From: a virus
Length of the DNA stretch: 64,000 nt
Strand: one strand, 5' to 3'
IMG/VR virus record: IMGVR_UViG_3300042484_000873
Coordinates: 25,585-89,584 of that record
Each line of letters begins with the position of its first letter. Position 1 is the first letter of the stretch. The notes below the pieces were generated by a model, which worked only from the letters and a program-made list of their open reading frames with translations, was not told where the DNA came from and did not search any database. Positions 57,703 through 64,000 of the stretch are shown here, piece by piece. The translations under genes were made by a program, and so were the position numbers.

Positions 57703-59250
57703 ATGAGTAATGCACCTTCACTAGTAAAAAATCCTTATACTAAAACAGTTTTCAAAACTGACAAAGAACTACAGGATTTTATTAAATGCTGTGACCCAGA
57801 CACAGGTTATCTATACTTTATGGATAACTTCTTTATGATACAACACCCTACTAAAGGCAGTATGGTCTATCATCCGTGGGCTTATCAAAAACGATTGATT
57901 GAAACATATCACAACTATCGTTACTCTATTAGCTTGATGCCACGACAGAGTGGTAAATCAACATCAGCCGCAGGATACTTACTCTGGTACGCTATGTTTG
58001 TGCCAGACAGTACTATCTTAGTTGCGGCACATAAGTATACAGGTGCACAGGAGATTATGCAACGTATTCGTTATGCATACGAAAACTGTCCTGATTATAT
58101 TAAAGCAGGGGTTACAACATACAACAAAGGTTCATTAGACTTTGAGAATGGTAGCCGTATTGTTAGTGCTACAACAACTGAAAACACGGGTCGTGGTATG
58201 TCTATCACACTATTATACCTAGACGAGTTTGCGTTCGTTAGACCAAGTATTGCTAAAGAATTCTGGACAGCTATTACTCCTACATTATCAACTGGTGGTA
58301 AAGCAATTATAACAAGCACACCAAACAGCGATGAGGATCAGTTTGCGTTCATATGGAAAGGTGCTAACAAGACTGAAGATGATTTTGGTAACACCACTGA
58401 AGTGGGAGTTAATGGGTTCAGAGCATATAGAGCACATTGGAGTGAACAGCCCGGTAGAGATGACAAATGGGCAGCCGAGATGAAGTCACAACTTGGTGAG
58501 GATCGTTTCAACCGAGAGATTGGTTGTGAGTTCATTATTGCTGATGAGACATTGATTAATCCAAACACACTAATAGCTATGGAAGGCATTGAGCCGGTAA
58601 GTCGCATCGGACAAGTTCGGTGGTACGATAAGCCTACCAAAGGTAATATTTATTGTGTAGGATTAGATCCAAGTCTTGGTACAGGTGGCGATCCAGCCGC
58701 TATTCAAATCTTTGAAGCAAATACTACTAAACAGATCGGCGAATGGAAGCACAATAAAACCGACATTCCAAGTCAAATCAAATTATTGTCTCAGATTAAC
58801 AAATACATAGCAGAATGCACCGGAGAACCTAACAACATCTATTACAGCATTGAATGTAATGGTATCGGTGAAGCCGCAATCGTGTCATTAAACGAATATG
58901 GAGAGTCGGGTATTCCAGGCATCTTTATCAGTGAAACAGGCAAAGGTCGTAGAGGATTCAATACAACTAACAAGAGCAAATTAGCAAGCTGTGCCAAATT
59001 CAAAACGTTAGTTGAAAGTAAGAAAATGACCATAAATAGTCGTAGTCTTATCAGTGAATTAAAAGCTTTTGTAGCACACGGTGGCAGTTATGCGGCTAAA
59101 ATTGGTGATACAGATGACTTGATTATGGCTAGCTTATTAGTAACACGTATGTTACAGCAATTAAGCGATTACCACTTTGATTTAGAGAATCAGATACGTG
59201 ACCACGATGAATTTGTCGCTCCTTTACCGTTCTTTGCGGTGATGAGCTAA
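57703..59250 (+). CDS. terL: Terminase large subunit (T4 gp17-like)
   Basis: YQ adenine motif, PRQSGKS Walker A, LLYLDEFAF Walker B, ITSTPN coupling motif, nuclease GLDPSLG and DDLIMA. Confidence 0.95.
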   Translation: MSNAPSLVKNPYTKTVFKTDKELQDFIKCCDPDTGYLYFMDNFFMIQHPTKGSMVYHPWAYQKRLIETYHNYRYSISLMPRQSGKSTSAAGYLLWYAMFVPDSTILVAAHKYTGAQEIMQRIRYAYENCPDYIKAGVTTYNKGSLDFENGSRIVSATTTENTGRGMSITLLYLDEFAFVRPSIAKEFWTAITPTLSTGGKAIITSTPNSDEDQFAFIWKGANKTEDDFGNTTEVGVNGFRAYRAHWSEQPGRDDKWAAEMKSQLGEDRFNREIGCEFIIADETLINPNTLIAMEGIEPVSRIGQVRWYDKPTKGNIYCVGLDPSLGTGGDPAAIQIFEANTTKQIGEWKHNKTDIPSQIKLLSQINKYIAECTGEPNNIYYSIECNGIGEAAIVSLNEYGESGIPGIFISETGKGRRGFNTTNKSKLASCAKFKTLVESKKMTINSRSLISELKAFVAHGGSYAAKIGDTDDLIMASLLVTRMLQQLSDYHFDLENQIRDHDEFVAPLPFFAVMS

Positions 59251-59261
59251 GACAAAAAAGA

Positions 59262-59267
59262 TAAATA
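59262..59267 (+). promoter_or_regulatory. Late promoter core TAAATA
   Basis: gaTAAATA 5 nt before the ATG at 59273. Confidence 0.55.
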
Positions 59268-59272
59268 CTATT

Positions 59273-61528
59273 ATGCCAAAAAACACAGAATCATTAAACC
59301 GCACCTTATTTGAACTATTGCATAGTAAAGGTCTAGATCCTACTATGTTAAGCACTTCAGGTAAGGAAATTCCAACACCAGAAGAAGCAGAAGTTTTCCA
59401 ATTCAACTTTGTCAAAGACGGAGAAGATTATGGAACAGTCACTATTTCTATTGACGGTTTACACAAGTTAACAATCTATTTTAGTGATGAGGTTGCTAAT
59501 AGTGAAAAAGAAGAATCAGAGTCTGATGACGTATCTTGGTATCAATTATTAAATCAATTGAAGAAGTTTTCACAAAAATATCAATTGAGTTTTGAATTAC
59601 GTAATGTAAGCAACTTAAAGCATGACATGGCAAAGAGAGAATATATGAAGAAAAAAGAATCAATCGCAGAAGGTTACTACCCAATGGGTAAAAAAGCAAG
59701 CTACAGTGATGCTGTACCTAGCGTAAAGATTGTGTTACAACATAGTCGTCAAATTGAAGAAGGCGAACAACGTTATCGTAACGTAGAACGTATCTTCTTA
59801 GAGAATGAACAAGGTGAAAGATTCTTAGCACCAACTACAAGACCCGGCATTGCACGTGTATATGCTAGACATATTGCAGAAGGTGGTAAGCCACATGATG
59901 ATCGTTGGAATCATATTGGTAGCTTGTGTGAAGAATATTCAAAGATGGCAGGATTTGTTCGTGCTACTTGTAATGGTCAATTTACAGAATCAACACAGAA
60001 ATTGATTGCTGAAGGTATTAATCATTATCAAGCATTGCGTGAGAGTCTAGGTAAACTAGCTGGTCACCGTGGTTACAATGCATACTTTGAAAGTTGGACT
60101 CCTCCATTAATGGAAGATGACAGCGACATGAGCAATATCAATGAATTGTTTGTACAAGAAACAGTTGATCCACGCATTGAATCAGTAATGCCTATCTTAT
60201 CTAAACTACAGAAGAAGATTAGTGAAATGTCAGAAGTTAACGAATTGAGTGAATGGGCAGATAAGTTAATTGAAGGTGATGAAGATATTGCAGACAACGA
60301 AGCATCTGACGATATCGACAATGCCGAATCAGAGTTGACTGAAGAAGAAAGTCTAACAAGCAATAACCCACAAGGTGTACCTGAAGATGAGTTAGTGCAG
60401 GAAGGTAAACCGAGCAAAACAGTTTTAGCAATGGCATATCTAAAAGCAGTAGTCATGGCTCCTACTGGAACACCAGAGAATGAAAGAATAAGAAATTGGC
60501 AAGAGGAGCTAGAAGACGAATTTGATATCGAAATGGACACCGCTACTCTTGCTCAAATGCTGCCACAATTTGATAGTATGCTACAGGCAGGCAAACTTGA
60601 CAAATTACAAAATCGAATGGCTAGTCGTGGCGAACTTGAAATAGGCGAGAGTCAACACGGTGTAGAAGAAGGTATCTTGGATACAGTTAAGAAAGTCGGC
60701 GGTAAAGTGTTAGATAAATTAGGTCACGGAAGTGATGAAGATTTACTAAAAGACTTGCAAAAGAAAGCAGGAGTTCGTGGTCCTAACCACGGTAAGCCAA
60801 GTATGGCACATAGTGATGTTGAGAAGCGTACTGACGAAGTTGACATGGGTCAAGCCGACAGTTCATTGAGAAGTGAACCAAAACAAAGTAATGATAAAAT
60901 GGATCACTTCACTGCGTTAGGCAAAGCATCAAAGAAAATGGGACATGACCATTATATGGATGTACCTGATGACAAACTTGAAGCACTTAAAGCAATGGTT
61001 AAGAGATTCAGAGCCGGTGAAGAAGTTGACGAAAGCGCATTACAAGCATACATAGGTGACAAGAAGTACGGTAAAGATGGTATGGATGCACTACGCAAAG
61101 CTGGACAAGAAGATGCTAGCGAAAAAACAATGCAAAACATTCGTGCTGAGTATAGCAGTAAAGAAGAACCTGTAAAAGAAGATGAGTTTGCAGGTGACTA
61201 TGCTACCGGTGAAGCAGGTCAATGGCGCAACAAAGGACCTAAAGCTAACAAGCCAGCAACAATTGGTGACTTAGTTGGTGAGAGCGACGGTGAATCAACT
61301 ACACACAAAGGTGGCAAAGTTGCACACAAAGACGGTGTGACAAAACATCAATCGGGTCCGGGAACATACGGTGGATATGATGCTAGTACCCATCCTGACA
61401 GCCCGGAAGAAAAACATAAACAACGACCTGGAGCAAAAACTGGACACAGTACTGACCAAATTCAGAAATTTAAATTCAGTGAAGGTCAAGATGATTTAGA
61501 TACTATCAGAAGATTAGTGAGAAAATAA
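59273..61528 (+). CDS. Large putative head/core protein with acidic modular C-terminal half
   Basis: 751 aa; globular N-half; the C-half is made of short modules punctuated by hydrophobic-x-E sites. Confidence 0.6.
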   Translation: MPKNTESLNRTLFELLHSKGLDPTMLSTSGKEIPTPEEAEVFQFNFVKDGEDYGTVTISIDGLHKLTIYFSDEVANSEKEESESDDVSWYQLLNQLKKFSQKYQLSFELRNVSNLKHDMAKREYMKKKESIAEGYYPMGKKASYSDAVPSVKIVLQHSRQIEEGEQRYRNVERIFLENEQGERFLAPTTRPGIARVYARHIAEGGKPHDDRWNHIGSLCEEYSKMAGFVRATCNGQFTESTQKLIAEGINHYQALRESLGKLAGHRGYNAYFESWTPPLMEDDSDMSNINELFVQETVDPRIESVMPILSKLQKKISEMSEVNELSEWADKLIEGDEDIADNEASDDIDNAESELTEEESLTSNNPQGVPEDELVQEGKPSKTVLAMAYLKAVVMAPTGTPENERIRNWQEELEDEFDIEMDTATLAQMLPQFDSMLQAGKLDKLQNRMASRGELEIGESQHGVEEGILDTVKKVGGKVLDKLGHGSDEDLLKDLQKKAGVRGPNHGKPSMAHSDVEKRTDEVDMGQADSSLRSEPKQSNDKMDHFTALGKASKKMGHDHYMDVPDDKLEALKAMVKRFRAGEEVDESALQAYIGDKKYGKDGMDALRKAGQEDASEKTMQNIRAEYSSKEEPVKEDEFAGDYATGEAGQWRNKGPKANKPATIGDLVGESDGESTTHKGGKVAHKDGVTKHQSGPGTYGGYDASTHPDSPEEKHKQRPGAKTGHSTDQIQKFKFSEGQDDLDTIRRLVRK

Positions 61529-62337
61529 TGCGTATTGATGAAGTTGTTCGGGTACAGAATCCAATGGGTGGTGACTACAAGTCACAGCTTGATAGAGATC
61601 GTGCCGCAGCCGCAGTAAGGGCGCAACGTCAAGCAAATAGAGAAATTCCTAATCGAGGGCCTGTAGCTGGTGCAAAATCTGGTACTGACCCTCAAAGTGG
61701 TATGTTCACTCCAGGAGCAGTCACTACTAAATCTTATAACAATGCATTGACTAAACAGTTTGCAAGACCTGCAGGCCAGGGTAAGAGTTTAGATATAATG
61801 GGCAACCCATTAAAGCAACCTGCACAACGAAAAATTGAACCTGCAACACAACAACCACAACAACCAACAACGGCTTCTACTACACCAAATTGGGTAGGTC
61901 AGAATACTAATGTACCTGCTGTACAGCGTAAACAACAATCACAACCACCAGTACAACAAACTACACCACAACCGACAACGCAGCCAGCGGCCCAAACAAC
62001 TGCGACTGCTGGAACCAGCGCACCCGCAACTGCTCCTACTCCTACTTCTACTACTTCTGCGACTGTACCACAAACAACGGATCGCCCTAACCCATATATG
62101 ACGCCTCAGGCTAATACAACAAGTGAACCCGTACAACCAACTCAGACCGTACCAAGTGAGCCAGTTAAGATCGGTGGACAAAAATTAAATCCAAATGATC
62201 CTGCTGATGCAAAGATGTTGCAAATGATTCAAAAACAATTGCCGCAAATGCCCACACCACAAGTGGCTGCTGTAAAGCAAGTAGCAGACAAAACACTTGC
62301 TACACGCAGACGAAACAAGCCAAAGAAACGATTCTAA
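61528..62337 (+). CDS. Pro/Gln/Thr-rich low-complexity protein
   Basis: 269 aa, TAATG overlap, MRIDEV leader. Confidence 0.7.
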   Translation: MRIDEVVRVQNPMGGDYKSQLDRDRAAAAVRAQRQANREIPNRGPVAGAKSGTDPQSGMFTPGAVTTKSYNNALTKQFARPAGQGKSLDIMGNPLKQPAQRKIEPATQQPQQPTTASTTPNWVGQNTNVPAVQRKQQSQPPVQQTTPQPTTQPAAQTTATAGTSAPATAPTPTSTTSATVPQTTDRPNPYMTPQANTTSEPVQPTQTVPSEPVKIGGQKLNPNDPADAKMLQMIQKQLPQMPTPQVAAVKQVADKTLATRRRNKPKKRF

Positions 62338-62393
62338 AAGGGTAAATAAACCGCATAAAAATACGCGGTTTCCCATATAAGGCATAAATACTA

Positions 62394-62422
62394 TTGACAT
62401 GAGAGTAAAGTACTGCTATACT
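62394..62422 (+). promoter_or_regulatory. Sigma70 promoter for the SSB gene (with adjacent TAAATA at 62385-62390)
   Basis: TTGACA-17-TATACT with an extended -10 TG. Confidence 0.75.
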
Positions 62423-62500
62423 TACACTTGTGTTAGTCACTAATAGGTAGTGGCGAATATTAAACAGAGACCATCTCAATTTATATAAGGAAAATTAATC

Positions 62501-63496
62501 ATGGCATCATTAGCAGACATTCGTGCTCGTATCGCGGCACAAGAAAACAAAACAAACAACAAGGGTTCTAACACCCAATCTGATAACTCAGTTTACGCAC
62601 ACTGGAACATGGACGAAGGCACTACTGCTAGTATTCGTTTCTTGCCCGATGGTAACTCAAAGAATGATTTCTTCTGGGTTGAAAAACAAATTATCAAACT
62701 TCCATTCAATGGCGTTAAGGGTGATCCTAACGTTAAGCGTATTGAAGTACAAGTACCATGCGTAGAAATGTACGGTGACAACTGCCCTATCTTGGCAGAA
62801 GTCCGTCCTTGGTACAAAGATGAGTCATTGAAAGAAATGGCTAACAAGTATTGGAAGAAGCGTAGTTATCTATTCCAAGGTTTTGTTCGTCAGAACCCAC
62901 TTGGTGATGACAAGACTCCTGCGAATCCTATTCGTAGATTCATCATCAGCCCACAAATCATTCCAATCGTTAAAGCTGGTTTGATGGATCCAGAGATTGA
63001 AGAATTGCCAACAGACTTCTTGCGTGGTCTTGATTTCAATATTAAGAAAACAAGCAAAGGTGGTTATGCAGATTACTCTACAAGTAACTGGGCACGTAAA
63101 GAATCTCCTCTCACTGAAGCAGAACAAGCCGCTATTGAAGCACATGGTTTGTTTAACTTAGCTGACTTCTTGCCTAAGAAGCCCGGCGAAGCAGAATTGC
63201 GTATCATCAAGGAAATGTTTGAAGCATCAGTTGATGGTCAACCGTTCGACAACGAACGTTGGGGCGCATATTATCGTCCTTGGGGACTAGAAGCACCAGC
63301 AGGTGCTACGGCTAAAACAACTGCGACTACTGAAACCAGCGCACCCGTAGCAACACCCGTAGCAGAAACTTCTACAGCACCTTGGGATGATGAAGCATCT
63401 ACAACAGCATCGGCTCCGATTGAAGTTCCAAAAGCAACTTCAACGGATAAGGCACAAGACATCCTAGCGATGATTCGTGCTAGACAAACTAAGTAA
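62501..63496 (+). CDS. Single-stranded DNA-binding protein (T4 gp32-like)
   Basis: IRFLPD, PC...YG..CP, YWKKRSY, G.DF.IKKT.KGGYADY..S.W; Ala/Thr/acidic tail. Confidence 0.85.
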   Translation: MASLADIRARIAAQENKTNNKGSNTQSDNSVYAHWNMDEGTTASIRFLPDGNSKNDFFWVEKQIIKLPFNGVKGDPNVKRIEVQVPCVEMYGDNCPILAEVRPWYKDESLKEMANKYWKKRSYLFQGFVRQNPLGDDKTPANPIRRFIISPQIIPIVKAGLMDPEIEELPTDFLRGLDFNIKKTSKGGYADYSTSNWARKESPLTEAEQAAIEAHGLFNLADFLPKKPGEAELRIIKEMFEASVDGQPFDNERWGAYYRPWGLEAPAGATAKTTATTETSAPVATPVAETSTAPWDDEASTTASAPIEVPKATSTDKAQDILAMIRARQTK

Positions 63497-63540
63497 TACT
63501 TATTGGATAGGGAGCAATGCTCCCTTCCTTAGGAACCACG

Positions 63541-63771
63541 ATGACACTACCAGACGAACGCTACCGCGCCATTAAGCAAGGTAAAAAATTGTTGGAGGAA
63601 CTATGCGACCCAGGTCGTACACCCAGAGTGCCTAGCATCATTAGAGATAGAGCTAGAGGCGCACTAAGACATTTCCCTCAAGATTGGGAAATCGATTCAA
63701 TGGCAGAAAAATGTCCAGACATGCTAGACAAGCAACCATTTAGCGTGTATACTAATGGTATGCACAAATAA
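63541..63771 (+). CDS. Small conserved protein (BPSL0761-like)
   Basis: MTLPDERYRA...P..IR..AR..LRHFP; start at ATG 63541 after AGGAA. Confidence 0.65.
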   Translation: MTLPDERYRAIKQGKKLLEELCDPGRTPRVPSIIRDRARGALRHFPQDWEIDSMAEKCPDMLDKQPFSVYTNGMHK

Positions 63772-63784
63772 CAAGGAGAATAAC

Positions 63785-63979
63785 ATGGCAAAAAAATTAA
63801 ACAAACTATCAAAAGTAAATGAATCATTTACAATCAATCGTTACGATAACGGCTACATGATTGAAGTCGGTGGAAGAGACAAAGAAAATGATTGGAAGAA
63901 CTGCAAAGTTATGTGTGCTACTGAAGCAGAACTCTTTGAAGTAATCAAAGAAGCACTCAGCATGGAAGTGGATAATTAA
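63785..63979 (+). CDS. Hypothetical protein
   Basis: AAGGAG RBS then MAKKLNK...YDNGYMIEVGGR; start at 63785. Confidence 0.7.
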   Translation: MAKKLNKLSKVNESFTINRYDNGYMIEVGGRDKENDWKNCKVMCATEAELFEVIKEALSMEVDN

Positions 63980-63980
63980 A

Positions 63981-64000
63981 ATGGGAAAACCTTTTGACAT
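63981..64000 (+). CDS. 5' end of next gene (MGKPFD...), possibly a RecA/UvsX-like recombinase
   Basis: Only 6 codons visible; position after SSB and a KPFD N-terminus are suggestive only. Confidence 0.3.

Noticed and set aside
61988-63347. 39-nt repeat pair as a diversity-generating retroelement (3 of 4 mismatches at A)
   Set aside because: Far shorter than DGR repeats, both copies lie in disordered linkers, and there is no RT in the window
1-64000. Stop-codon reassignment, introns or inteins
   Set aside because: Genes are long, tightly packed and complete under the standard code; terL and thyA are uninterrupted

Overview
A 64-kb segment of a large, AT-rich, T4-like (myovirus-type) dsDNA phage read in the standard genetic code. 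The host is probably Gram-negative and likely betaproteobacterial, judging from the spanins, a Burkholderiales-type porin and the tmRNA tag. From left to right the window holds six blocks. (1) The 3' part of a giant (>3460 aa) repeat-rich virion protein and tail-fibre genes (1-13748). (2) A ~27-kb modification island (13745-40381) with glycosyltransferase-like genes, 11 radical SAM enzymes (one cobalamin-dependent), methyltransferases, 2OG-Fe(II) oxygenases, an SGNH-like hydrolase and an O-carbamoyltransferase; about 10 kb of it is inverted. (3) A host-envelope/translation islet with a lipoprotein, a circularly permuted two-piece tmRNA whose spacer is tRNA-like, a DUF4214-like protein and a porin. 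(4) Sigma70-driven early genes including a MoxR ATPase/VWA-peptidase pair. (5) thyA and a nucleotide-sugar epimerase/aminotransferase operon with two more radical SAM genes. (6) Spanins, structural/head proteins, the terminase large subunit and a gp32-like SSB. The top leads are the 13-member radical SAM / glycan-tailoring system under apparent late-promoter control and the permuted tmRNA with an extra double-T-arm tRNA mimic. All functional calls come from motif reading by eye; no database searches were run.
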